Assembly (NCBI GenBank): GCA_964631415.1
Contig: CAZVZC010000006.1
Span: 12,319 to 76,318 of the forward strand
Direction: 5' to 3'
DNA length: 64,000 nt
DNA from: an uncultured archaeon
GTDB lineage: Archaea > Asgardarchaeota > Thorarchaeia > Thorarchaeales > Thorarchaeaceae
The notes below the pieces were generated by a model, which did not search any database, was not told the origin of the DNA, and saw only the letters and a program-made list of their open reading frames with translations. Below, one piece after another: positions 38,288 to 48,186 of the stretch (positions are counted from its first letter, which is position 1; every line of letters starts with the position of its first letter). The position numbers were made by a program, and so were the translations under genes.

Positions 38288-40711
38288 TCATCGGTGGAAC
38301 GTGAGAACCACACTCTCCCAGAGCGGCACGATTCGCAGGTGTGGCTGTTCCGCGCTGCCAAACCGGTTGACAATGCTACCACCATACACCTTTACCATTG
38401 ACAGTGCGCGAGTGGTTGGCAGGTACACCTCAAGCTCCCGGGGCAGAGCTTCGGTCCAAACCTCAATCTGATGCTGGTTGGTCGACGTGCCAAGCTCCAC
38501 GCGGACTCTGCCACCCCCTACGGGCGCATTGGCTAGGGTGAGCTCGTTGCCCGAAGTGTACCAATCGTCTGGAATCGCAGGCACAACAATGAGATCTTCG
38601 CCATCCTCAATCACAATCATGTCTCTAAGAAGGAGAAGCAAGTCTGAGGCCGCGACAACGCTGAGGCCGCTTCCACGAGTGCCCAGACCCGTCTTCAGGT
38701 CGGCCCAGTCCGGTAGTCCATGGTACTCAGAAAGTAGCTTTTGGGCCGCATGAATAGCAGTTTCAACAGCCGCGCGATTCCGACGTGTCACCTGATAGTG
38801 TGCCACCCGGAGGGCAAGATGACTAGAAACCTCCTCAGGTCGTCCCGGAAGTCTCAGCACTCCCTTCGTGAGATACCTGCTGACAAATGTGCTGGCCACA
38901 CGGTCCAGAAAACTGGGATCAATCTCAGATGTCTGAAGAAGTGCCACTGTGCCAAGAAGAGAAACTGCATCCAGAATGACCTGTTCGCTGGGTGCTTCCT
39001 TTGCCCGGGCATCGAACTCTGCTAACTGTTCCCTAGAGCAATCCTTGATGAATGCTGCATACTTGCGAGCAGTTTCAGTCACTGCCTGCACTCGTGAGTC
39101 TTCTCCGAGCAGGTGATATGCTGCTAGTGCAGATTGGAGGAAAGCAAGAGCCCAAGCAGCGCCTGTGAAGTCCGAAAAGGATGCGAGCCTTGGTGGAGGA
39201 GCTTGAGGCCGAGGGACCTCCGGCACAGGGCTTTCCATCCGGGCTGCATCACTGGCAACCACATCAGTGTTTGGGAGCGGCGACTGGGACACAGTCTGGG
39301 TCTCAATGGGCTCAGTCCGCGGCTCGGCAGTCTGGACTGCCGCGGTCATCGTAACCACAACGCTCGGCTGAAGGTATTTGTCAGCACTCTTCATAGTGTC
39401 TACGACGACTTTGTCAATCATGGGACGGGTCTGCGTCAAGAAAGCGCCATCGCGTGAGTACCGAGAAGCCTGCAACAGACTCCATGCGACAGGGACAACG
39501 TCAGACAGTTCTGCAGCACGGCCCTGAATGATCTGCTCTGCAAGGCGCAAGGACGTTTCCTTCACCAAATCGAAAGACCCATACCTAATAAGAGCGGACA
39601 AGACCCGAACACGCTCCGCCCATGATAGATCTGCGCAATCGTCGCCCTCAACCTGAAGAACAGCGCGAGCCTCCATCGCCAGAATTGCTTTTGACTGCGC
39701 AAGCATTGGGTCCCAGTCCCTCTCTGGGAAGCTCACGCTTAGTGTCGTTCCGGCGAACTCGAACCAAGACTCAACTGCTGCATCACGAGCGTGAGTGCCC
39801 ATGTGAAATCTCGGGCACTGGTCGGTCTTGGCAACACGACTCAATGGAGAAACAAAGAAGAAGGTATCAGTCCCCGCTGGCTTGAGGCGCACATCAAAGC
39901 GGAGCACAGATGTGGCAAGACCTCTAGATGTGGAAAACTCCTTGTCGAAGCGCTTTGAGGGTTCACTCATTGTCTTGATGAGGTTTGGATTGTCTGCAGT
40001 GGTCATGAGAATAGAGTATGGGTCGTGATCCAAGAGTACTGCAAGCAGGCCATTTGCATAGACAGCCCTACGTGGCGAATCATACTCGATGGCCTCGATA
40101 GGCTCTACCCCTCTCACAGACATCGGTCTCAGGACACAGTAAAACGTGAACGTCACTCCGACCAGTGATAGGTTACGGATTTGGATCTCGTTGTAGACAG
40201 CCTCGCTCCTGTCTTGCTTGACATGATACACAAGCCGGGAGAACTCAACTGGTCCAAGCTGTGTCTTCCATTCGTAGATCTGATCCTCAGTGGACAGAAG
40301 AACAAGCCGTGGACCGGTATCAGCGACCAACGCGGGGTGAACGATTCCATCAGGTCCCTGCAGCCAGAACTCGACAGACCCACAGTCGGCATTTGCAGTG
40401 AGAAGACCACTCGAATCAGAAATCGCGCAGGCCAAGCCGCCCACGCCACCTACAATCGTCCAGTTCCTGTGATGGTTATTCGCCAAAGGCCGATCATCAG
40501 ACGGACTTCCTTGGCGTGGTCCGATGGCCTGCAGTACCCAGCGTGGCAACATCCATCGTTCAGCCCGACTGTACACCCTCCCGTTCAAGCCTGACCTGAG
40601 CGTTTCAATCTCTTCGCACGGGGAAGACCCATCCGAGGAGGACGCCGGCAGTCTGTGATTTGCAGCGACTCTCCTGAAGCGTTCCAGTTTTGAGCCGTCG
40701 TTATTTGCCAA
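38288..40711 (-). CDS. Six-hairpin glycosidase-like protein (GH15/GH65-like architecture)
   Basis: N-terminal beta-sandwich (NWTIVG...), helical middle, C-terminal DLIVVPAIPDDW...NAPVGGG typical of (alpha/alpha)6 glycosidase tails; catalytic residues not evident. Confidence 0.55.
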   Translation of the reverse strand: MANNDGSKLERFRRVAANHRLPASSSDGSSPCEEIETLRSGLNGRVYSRAERWMLPRWVLQAIGPRQGSPSDDRPLANNHHRNWTIVGGVGGLACAISDSSGLLTANADCGSVEFWLQGPDGIVHPALVADTGPRLVLLSTEDQIYEWKTQLGPVEFSRLVYHVKQDRSEAVYNEIQIRNLSLVGVTFTFYCVLRPMSVRGVEPIEAIEYDSPRRAVYANGLLAVLLDHDPYSILMTTADNPNLIKTMSEPSKRFDKEFSTSRGLATSVLRFDVRLKPAGTDTFFFVSPLSRVAKTDQCPRFHMGTHARDAAVESWFEFAGTTLSVSFPERDWDPMLAQSKAILAMEARAVLQVEGDDCADLSWAERVRVLSALIRYGSFDLVKETSLRLAEQIIQGRAAELSDVVPVAWSLLQASRYSRDGAFLTQTRPMIDKVVVDTMKSADKYLQPSVVVTMTAAVQTAEPRTEPIETQTVSQSPLPNTDVVASDAARMESPVPEVPRPQAPPPRLASFSDFTGAAWALAFLQSALAAYHLLGEDSRVQAVTETARKYAAFIKDCSREQLAEFDARAKEAPSEQVILDAVSLLGTVALLQTSEIDPSFLDRVASTFVSRYLTKGVLRLPGRPEEVSSHLALRVAHYQVTRRNRAAVETAIHAAQKLLSEYHGLPDWADLKTGLGTRGSGLSVVAASDLLLLLRDMIVIEDGEDLIVVPAIPDDWYTSGNELTLANAPVGGGRVRVELGTSTNQHQIEVWTEALPRELEVYLPTTRALSMVKVYGGSIVNRFGSAEQPHLRIVPLWESVVLTFHR

Positions 40712-40966
40712 GAGTGTGCGCCTCCAAGAGCGTCCTTCATTCGATGGGCCTACGATGTTATCCTCTGTCGTTGCCTATGGATGTCTATTCTATTTATGTA
40801 TTGAGCGGGGGTCACTGTAAGGAACATATTCCGGCCAGAGAACCGTTATTGAATCGACGACCCTACTAAACGCTTAATAGTTGACCAATCGGAGAGGCTG
40901 CAGCGCGCCCACCGCAGGGCTGCACATAGACGACTGCTACCCACAGTTCATGGTAAGTGAGAAAGG

Positions 40967-42142
40967 ATGGCTGAAGCTTTCACCAGGCCTCGCCGCCGCA
41001 TTGCCAACATGATTGCTAAGGAACTGCGCCTTATAGTCAAGGACAGGTTGGCCCTTTTCTTGATCTTCATGCTCCCGGCCGCACTGATTGGTGTCTTGTA
41101 TTGGGTTGTTGGCATGAGTGATCTGGGGAGCGTCCAGTTGGGTGGAGGAAACGGTCAAGGGAGCGATGAAGGGGGTGTAGAAACCGGAAGTGACGTTGTT
41201 CTGGGGCTGATTGACCTTGACACTACGAGGACCTACAGTGGTGAGGATCTGTCGGAGAATTTCACAGCCTTTCTTACGAAACTCGTTAAAGAACTCATAA
41301 TCTACAACAACACAAGTGATGCCTTTCAGGACCTCTATGACAAGAAGATATCTGGATATGTGGTCATCCCAGACGGCTTCGAGGCAAACCTCACGATAAA
41401 TGAGCCCACATACGTCGAAGTCCATATGGATGCAACTGCTCTGATTGAACAGAGCACAGTGATGGGGACGGTCCAAGGGGCCGCCATAATGTTCAGGGCC
41501 TCAAAGCTTTGGATTAGGTCTGAGGTCTTTCCCTCCATGATAATAGAGTTCGCACCAAAGGGAGGCTACATTGCCACTGCATTCGGTGGGTTCATTGTGG
41601 TGTTTTCTAGCTACCTTGGGATAGCGATGACTGCTGCACAGTCCATAGTGGGCGATGTGCCTCTGCGCAGGATGCTTCTCACACCGACAAACAGGCTTGA
41701 AGTCATTATCGCCAAGGTAGCTGCGTATGTCATCATTGGCTTCTTTCAGTCCCTTCTTCTGGTTTCACTTTGGGTAGTAGTCTTCAGTCTGAATCTCAAC
41801 ACGAGCTTTGGAGTCCTACTGATCATTATGAGCTTGACATCTCTCACTGGGTCAACAACCGGCATTTTGATCTCCTCAGTCGCCTCGTCTAGGCTTCAAG
41901 CCAACCAGATGTTCCTGTTCGTCATGTTCGGGACAATCATCTTGGCAGGGTTCTTCGTCGATGTCGGGGTTCTGGATGAGTACATGCCAATGAACCAAGG
42001 ACTCAAGCTGTTGATTGACACCGCGTTCAAAGGGCTTTCACTGATTGATGTCCTGATTCCAATACTGAAGTTGCTTGCATTCTCCGTGGGTGCTATCCTG
42101 ATTGCTACGTTCATCTTTTCAAAGAAGCCAACACTGGGGTAG
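40967..42142 (+). CDS. ABC-2 type exporter permease
   Basis: KELRLIVKDR, TM1, large extracellular loop (YVVIPDGF), five further TM helices, RMLLTP...IIAK. Confidence 0.9.
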   Translation: MAEAFTRPRRRIANMIAKELRLIVKDRLALFLIFMLPAALIGVLYWVVGMSDLGSVQLGGGNGQGSDEGGVETGSDVVLGLIDLDTTRTYSGEDLSENFTAFLTKLVKELIIYNNTSDAFQDLYDKKISGYVVIPDGFEANLTINEPTYVEVHMDATALIEQSTVMGTVQGAAIMFRASKLWIRSEVFPSMIIEFAPKGGYIATAFGGFIVVFSSYLGIAMTAAQSIVGDVPLRRMLLTPTNRLEVIIAKVAAYVIIGFFQSLLLVSLWVVVFSLNLNTSFGVLLIIMSLTSLTGSTTGILISSVASSRLQANQMFLFVMFGTIILAGFFVDVGVLDEYMPMNQGLKLLIDTAFKGLSLIDVLIPILKLLAFSVGAILIATFIFSKKPTLG

Positions 42143-43834
42143 GTGAGAACGGCCTTGGTCGAGACATCTGGTTCTGAACCTGTTTTGCCCCGAGAGGTGC
42201 CTTCCTTTGTTGAGGAGGCGTACTTCTCTGGAGCTAGGATTGGTGACGCGATAGACTGGTGTATCCGGAGACAGGACCGAGAGATCCACTGCGAGGTCCA
42301 AGGAGTACTCACTTCTTCAAAGGCCGAAGTCAGATTCAAGGCACGAGTTCTGAGGTTCAAGAAAGGTGTCATAACACGTAGGATTATAGTACTCGTCGAA
42401 GAGGACATGCGCAGAAAGAAGACAGGCGACCTCGATCCTGTTCTTACGGTTGGCAGCGAAGGTGCCGCACAAGAGGATGTTGCAGCTAGCCAGATCACTC
42501 TCCAGAACTACCTGAAGAGAAACATGTTCGATGACCTCTACTACGATGGCAGAGAACTGCAACAGGCGGCAAAGGACCTCGCCAAGATGAAGAGCAAGGA
42601 AATACTCTGCACGATTTGGGGTCATCGCGCTTCAGACAAGCTGCCAATGACCATCAAGGGTAATCTAGTGAGCTCCACAACTAGAGCAGCGCCCATACTA
42701 CCTGAGGGCTTTCTTGAAGTCCGAGTGGAACCTGAGGACACGGTGGGCTCTCCAAAGATCTACTTGGTGGCCCAACCTCAGCTTCTCATTGGGCCTTTCT
42801 CGAATCCTGTTCTTACTGTCATCGCCGAGAAGGTCTACATCCGGCCGTTCGCTTGGAAGGAAGCACCGGTCTACAGGGACGTGCTTGTGGCACGGAATCT
42901 CACTGTCACTACGAAGGCCGGGAAAAAGCTGATTGAGAATGTCACTTTCGCGATTAGAGAGGGAGAGATGCTCGCTATCATCGGAGAATCTGGTGCAGGA
43001 AAGTCTACCTGTATCAAAGCTCTGATTGGAGACATACCTAGCACGGGCGTCGCGAGGATTGCTGGTATAGACTCAAGGAACGCACAGAAGGTCCGCTATT
43101 TCTTTGGTTACTGCCCACAGGACCTGAGCTACATGTACGAAACCTTCACTCCGCTCGAGAACATTGTCGCCTTTGGCAAGCAATATGATATTCCCGAGTG
43201 GCAGCTCATAGAGGAAGGAAAGACTCTGCTCAGGGACTTCGGCATCATAGAGAAAGGTGGCAGCCCCACTGGAAAGCTCAGCGGCGGGCAGCAGCGCAGA
43301 GCATCAGTCGCCATAGCACTTGTCCATAGACCGAAAGTACTCCTGATGGATGAGCCTACAAGCGGACTGGACCCTGACAACAGGAATGAACTGTGGCACT
43401 TCTTGGACATGGTCAACAAGGAGTACGGCACATCTATTGTAGTCGTCACGCACTACCCAGCCGAGGCAGAGTTCTGCGACAAGGTCGCGGTCTTCCTCCG
43501 TGGCAAGAGCCTCGTGGCATTCGGCAGCCCTGCCAAGCTGAAGGAGTCACTGCCTTCGAGGGGCTTTGCTGTTGGGGTTGTACTCGAGGAAGTGGATCCT
43601 CGAGCAAGAAAGATGCTAGAGGAAGTGCAGGGTGTGTCATTCGTGCTGCAGAGGGGAGAACTGCTGAAGGTCTTCACGGAAGAGCCACTCGAAACGATTG
43701 CAGAGAAGTGCATGACCGCACTCAAGGAGAAGAGCATTGGTGTGAAGATAGTGAAGACGAAGGCTCTAGCTGACATGGTCGACTATTACATCGCCATAAC
43801 AAGAAAGCTTGTCACAGGTACTATCGAGAAGTGA
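42143..43834 (+). CDS. ABC transporter ATP-binding protein with ~245-aa N-terminal extension
   Basis: GESGAGKS, LSGGQQRR, LLMDEPT, VTH. Start is GTG 42143 or TTG 42155 (GGTGA Shine-Dalgarno upstream). Confidence 0.9.
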   Translation: MRTALVETSGSEPVLPREVPSFVEEAYFSGARIGDAIDWCIRRQDREIHCEVQGVLTSSKAEVRFKARVLRFKKGVITRRIIVLVEEDMRRKKTGDLDPVLTVGSEGAAQEDVAASQITLQNYLKRNMFDDLYYDGRELQQAAKDLAKMKSKEILCTIWGHRASDKLPMTIKGNLVSSTTRAAPILPEGFLEVRVEPEDTVGSPKIYLVAQPQLLIGPFSNPVLTVIAEKVYIRPFAWKEAPVYRDVLVARNLTVTTKAGKKLIENVTFAIREGEMLAIIGESGAGKSTCIKALIGDIPSTGVARIAGIDSRNAQKVRYFFGYCPQDLSYMYETFTPLENIVAFGKQYDIPEWQLIEEGKTLLRDFGIIEKGGSPTGKLSGGQQRRASVAIALVHRPKVLLMDEPTSGLDPDNRNELWHFLDMVNKEYGTSIVVVTHYPAEAEFCDKVAVFLRGKSLVAFGSPAKLKESLPSRGFAVGVVLEEVDPRARKMLEEVQGVSFVLQRGELLKVFTEEPLETIAEKCMTALKEKSIGVKIVKTKALADMVDYYIAITRKLVTGTIEK

Positions 43835-43838
43835 TCTA

Positions 43839-46800
43839 ATGCTGGCATCTAGGCGAAACAGCAGAAGAGCCATCGCTCATCTGGTGACGCTCCTTGTGAC
43901 TGTTTCGGTAGTGGTGGGCGCCCTAGTGGCCTCCATGCCCATGATTCCCCTCGATGCCATGTCAGCAGGGACTGCGGCGCATATCGATGAAGCCCTGTTA
44001 GAGTACACCGCGTCAGATGAGAGATTGGACTTGCTTGTTGGCTATCGCCCTGAAGCCGGTGAGATCAAGGCCCGCTATGCTATACAGATGGCAGACAAGT
44101 CTGCCGAGATCATTGAGTCCTTCGAGGAAGTGGGCATAGTCCGAGTGAAACTGGTCGGCAAGGCCATCATGGACTTGGCAGAGAACGGCTATGTCACAGG
44201 AATATGGTCTAATCAGCTGAAGAAGCTGAGTACTCCTCTCGATCAGCATGCGTCAGATGTCCTGACAACGAACTATCAGTCGCCTATCGACACAGTTGGT
44301 GCCAGAGACCTCTGGGACAAAGGATACAATGGCACAGGGGTTGTTATTGCTGTCCTGGATACAGGTATCGACTTTCTTCACGCAGACCTGAACGACTTCG
44401 ATGATGACAACACTACTAGCGACTCCAAGGTGACAGCGTATGCCTCGTTTGTTGAAGGTGACACTCTCCCCGTGGACATCATCGGGCATGGCACGTACGC
44501 TGCTTCGATTGCGGCCGGTACAGGTAACAGGTCTGGTGGGCTCTACGCAGGTATCGCACCTGGAGCGACATTGCTCTCTGCAAAGGTGACCTTGGGAGGA
44601 CTTCTCGCGGCGCCCAGCTGGATTGTCTCTGGCATCGAGTGGGCGTGCAGCAGAGGAGCAGACATCATACTCATGCCGTTCAACACATTCGGTTCACCCG
44701 GCGATGCTGTATCTGTCGCTGTGAAGACTGCCTCTGAGAGAGGAGTCTTCGTCGTGGCCGCTGCGGGAGATGACGGACCAGACTACCTGACAATAATGTC
44801 GCCTGGTGGAAGCGCTGCCGCCTTCGCGGTTGGAGCTTATGACATAAACAAGGGCGAAGTGGCCGCATTCTCGGGAAGGGGGCCCTCTCTTGACATGTTG
44901 GCAAAGCCAGACATTGTCGCCCCTGGCACTGGAATCATCGGAGCAAGAGCAGGAAATGCACTCTCGCTGGCTGGATTCGGGTCATTCAGCCTTGGGGACT
45001 TAGGTGGACTGTCTTCACTGCTCGGTGGCTCGTTTGGAGAGAACGTCGATGACTATTATATGAAGGCAGACTCGACCGCCGCCGCGGCCGCAGTCACGGC
45101 TGGATGCGTCGCGCTGCTCATGGAAGCCTTCGACCGCGCTACGCCCATTGTTCTAGCGAACGTTCTCAGAGACACAGCGACCCGGCTCGATGAAGGAGCA
45201 AATGACGCAGGGGCGGGCCTTCTAAACCTAGAAGCGGCTTTTCATTTCTTGGAACAGAAGCAGGATCCCATTCAACCACACAACAGAACTACCGGCACCC
45301 CGCTGCTTGCATTGGGTCTCTTCTCTACACAAGGGAGAGATGCTTCAACCACTGTCTTGATGAGCAGTTATGGGACAGCTATTGTTGCTCTGGATCAGCG
45401 ACAGAATCAGGAAAGCAGCGTTCACCTTCTAATGGGTATGCTGGCACTCCGATGGGAAAACAGAAGCCCGACAGACTTCATGGAATTCCAAGTAAAGAGA
45501 GAACTCCATCAAGTGGCCATGAGCTCTGGGTTGAACTCCTATAACCGCTGGGTCGGGGTTCTATCATACGATTCACTATATGTCATCCTGCTGGTGGAGT
45601 CATACAACCTGACAAGCTCATCTCCTCTTCCAATCACCGCTTTCAGACTCACACCGTTCATCCTGAACCTTGGTTCAGAACCGGTTTCCAACGTGAGCTT
45701 GTTTCTCTCGTATTCACTGGACCTGTTTCTTGACGGGAGAGATGATCATGGCAAGTACTCGCTCACGAATCGACAGCTGTTTGCGTACAGCATATCTGAA
45801 GGCTACCAGTCTTTCTACGTAGGTATCAACTCAAGCCGCCCTCTGGACGCATTTGAGGTGGGAAACTCATCGCAGATTTCAGACCACGTCTCGAACGATA
45901 ATCTGACAGGTTCCACGAACTTCGACGGGACCGTAGGCCTCGCGATGAAATGGAACTTTGGAACGCTGCCCATCAACAGTCCGAAGAATGTTACAATAGC
46001 TTTGGGTTTTGGGGAGAACCGCACAATGCTTGACCAGTCAATCACAGCGATGTGGAGTCTCGGACCCTCATCCCAAGTCGCAAGCCAGAGCGACCTCATG
46101 GTTGTCGAGGCAGACATTCCGAGGACAGCAATTGCTGAACATGCATACGAGTCAAGAGCCGTCATAATGAATGTAGGAGTCAATTCCTCTCAAGCTGTCG
46201 GTGCAATGATTATTGGACAAGCAGAACCAGGCGGAGCGATGATATTCAGTAGGTTCTATTCGTTCGATGAGGTTGCGCCCTTTCACGCCGAAATACTGAC
46301 CACTGACTGGAGCCCAACAACAGACGGCATATACTCTGCAGCGTGGGTTGTCGCAGCGGGAGTTGAGTTTGCCATAGCCCTGTTTGCGAACCCGACTCAA
46401 CAACTGGCGACAGCAGGCGTAGCGCTTCTTGACGACTTCCTCTTAAGGGATCTATTCGTTGTTGAGCCAATCCAGTCCACATCGGTGTTTCCAAAATGGC
46501 TGCCATTCGCCCCATTCGACATACAATTCCCAGCAGACTTCGGACTCTATACGTTCTCTCTGCAAACGAATGTCCCTCTCGGTAACGTCACAGTGGAGAA
46601 GCATGGCGATGCCAGCGACTGGGGCAATGTGACCCTTCCTTCATGTGCTTCAGTGTTTGGATACTACAACTTCTCACTGTTCCTGCTAGCGCCACCCATT
46701 ACTGTGGATGGTTATCACAGATGCGATTACCGGATCATCACTGAGTCTGGCTGGACGACCAATGTGACCCTTGAATGTGACCTCCGGTACCCCAGAGCCA

Positions 46801-48185
46801 TGATGCTGCTTGACACTTCACATGGGGGAGGACTCAGTATAGGAGGTGGACTTGGCACCGGCAGCCAGACGGCAGACTCTGGTTCAGCGGGAATAACTGA
46901 AGGGCTTTCTATCAGCCTTGGGAGTCTTGACAGCCTCTCATCAATCACAGACATATTGGAGCAGTTCAGGATGACCACTTTCTCTGGTCTGTCCGAGATG
47001 AAGAAGTCGATGGCCTCCAGAGGCCTAGACCTCATTGAAACCCCAGGTATATCGTTGAGTCAGGAGATCCTGTCGCAGTTCTCAACCGTATTCATCATCG
47101 GACCGTCCAAAGAGTTCAACACAACTGAGATTGACATTCTGAGAGAGTTCACAGCAGAGGGAGGCCGACTCGTGGTACTGGGCGACTACGATGGTCGCGC
47201 CAACCTCACTGTGTTGAATGGCCTGCTTTCGCCCTATGGGTATGCAATGGCTGGCAAGCACACAGAAGACAACACGACCGAGATAGTCCACAACTCGGCT
47301 CTTGGAGCAGGCTTGGAGTCCGTCTGGCTGGGAGGAGGCACGTTCATTGTCAACAACCAGTCACTGTCGGCAGTCATGCTGACTGGCAGACCTGTGGTCC
47401 TTGTCGACAAGTCGCCCCCGGACCTCGTGCTCTTTGGGTCCTCACGTCTCTTCATGAACAAGAACCTGCCAAAGTGCAACAACACTCTTCTGTTGCACAA
47501 CCTCAACGAGTACCTGCTCTCTAACACGCTCACGTGCGTGACCAGCCTGGCAGAGAAGACGACGAGATACCCAGTCGGCAGGAGTGTCTACATCAACCTG
47601 AACGTGACAGACTACGCGGGGCAGCCTGCAAATGATCTGACTGTGTTCATTGCCTTCGAACTGCCAAATGGGAGCTTCGTATACTGGATTGCAGGCTTCG
47701 TAGAAAGGGGTCTCTACTCAACAAACTTTCCATACAGTTACTACAACTCGTCAGGCAGAGTAAACGGTGTATTCATTGTAATGAGGACAGAAGAGTACGC
47801 AGGCACCTTTGCAGGTGTCAGCTTCGAGCTTTACCTAGAAACAACAACAACGCCCACTAGTGAAACAGAGGCTTTGCTGACATTGCCTCAGATCGCATTG
47901 ATCACTTCCGGGAGCGTGTTCGCCTTGTCAATCAGTATGCTGGCACTGAACAGATACCGACGGAGAAAGAAGATGCGCATTCCAGAGGTGGGTCCCGAGC
48001 TGGCCCGCGAGATAGACAACTCGCTCAACAACCTCCTTGCAGCGTTCATCCAGATGGGGGATCTCATCCATAGAGAAGACCTAGATCGTGTGCAGAAGAT
48101 AGAGGTTCTGAGGGGTCTGATGAAGGGGCTGGAGGAGGCCAGAAAGAGGTTCGACAGGGTGAGTGAAACCATTGGAGGCACGTGA
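43839..48185 (+). CDS. Membrane-anchored S8 subtilase-like protein with GIFT-like domain (site-1-protease-like architecture); catalytic Ser replaced by Ala
   Basis: VAVLDTG-type Asp motif (IAVLDTGID), HGT His motif, KPDIVAPG, but DSTAAAAAV in place of SGTSMAxP; GIFT-like MLLDTSHG...EIDILREFTAEGGRLVVLGD; C-terminal TM followed by RYRRRKK. Confidence 0.85.
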   Translation: MLASRRNSRRAIAHLVTLLVTVSVVVGALVASMPMIPLDAMSAGTAAHIDEALLEYTASDERLDLLVGYRPEAGEIKARYAIQMADKSAEIIESFEEVGIVRVKLVGKAIMDLAENGYVTGIWSNQLKKLSTPLDQHASDVLTTNYQSPIDTVGARDLWDKGYNGTGVVIAVLDTGIDFLHADLNDFDDDNTTSDSKVTAYASFVEGDTLPVDIIGHGTYAASIAAGTGNRSGGLYAGIAPGATLLSAKVTLGGLLAAPSWIVSGIEWACSRGADIILMPFNTFGSPGDAVSVAVKTASERGVFVVAAAGDDGPDYLTIMSPGGSAAAFAVGAYDINKGEVAAFSGRGPSLDMLAKPDIVAPGTGIIGARAGNALSLAGFGSFSLGDLGGLSSLLGGSFGENVDDYYMKADSTAAAAAVTAGCVALLMEAFDRATPIVLANVLRDTATRLDEGANDAGAGLLNLEAAFHFLEQKQDPIQPHNRTTGTPLLALGLFSTQGRDASTTVLMSSYGTAIVALDQRQNQESSVHLLMGMLALRWENRSPTDFMEFQVKRELHQVAMSSGLNSYNRWVGVLSYDSLYVILLVESYNLTSSSPLPITAFRLTPFILNLGSEPVSNVSLFLSYSLDLFLDGRDDHGKYSLTNRQLFAYSISEGYQSFYVGINSSRPLDAFEVGNSSQISDHVSNDNLTGSTNFDGTVGLAMKWNFGTLPINSPKNVTIALGFGENRTMLDQSITAMWSLGPSSQVASQSDLMVVEADIPRTAIAEHAYESRAVIMNVGVNSSQAVGAMIIGQAEPGGAMIFSRFYSFDEVAPFHAEILTTDWSPTTDGIYSAAWVVAAGVEFAIALFANPTQQLATAGVALLDDFLLRDLFVVEPIQSTSVFPKWLPFAPFDIQFPADFGLYTFSLQTNVPLGNVTVEKHGDASDWGNVTLPSCASVFGYYNFSLFLLAPPITVDGYHRCDYRIITESGWTTNVTLECDLRYPRAMMLLDTSHGGGLSIGGGLGTGSQTADSGSAGITEGLSISLGSLDSLSSITDILEQFRMTTFSGLSEMKKSMASRGLDLIETPGISLSQEILSQFSTVFIIGPSKEFNTTEIDILREFTAEGGRLVVLGDYDGRANLTVLNGLLSPYGYAMAGKHTEDNTTEIVHNSALGAGLESVWLGGGTFIVNNQSLSAVMLTGRPVVLVDKSPPDLVLFGSSRLFMNKNLPKCNNTLLLHNLNEYLLSNTLTCVTSLAEKTTRYPVGRSVYINLNVTDYAGQPANDLTVFIAFELPNGSFVYWIAGFVERGLYSTNFPYSYYNSSGRVNGVFIVMRTEEYAGTFAGVSFELYLETTTTPTSETEALLTLPQIALITSGSVFALSISMLALNRYRRRKKMRIPEVGPELAREIDNSLNNLLAAFIQMGDLIHREDLDRVQKIEVLRGLMKGLEEARKRFDRVSETIGGT

Positions 48186-48186
48186 T

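Noticed and set aside
42140-42157. Permease TAG immediately followed in frame by the ATPase ORF (possible amber/pyrrolysine readthrough fusion)
   Set aside because: A GGTGA Shine-Dalgarno 8 nt before in-frame TTG 42155 explains independent initiation. The porA/porB junction is likewise in frame with TAA, and no Pyl machinery is visible in the window.
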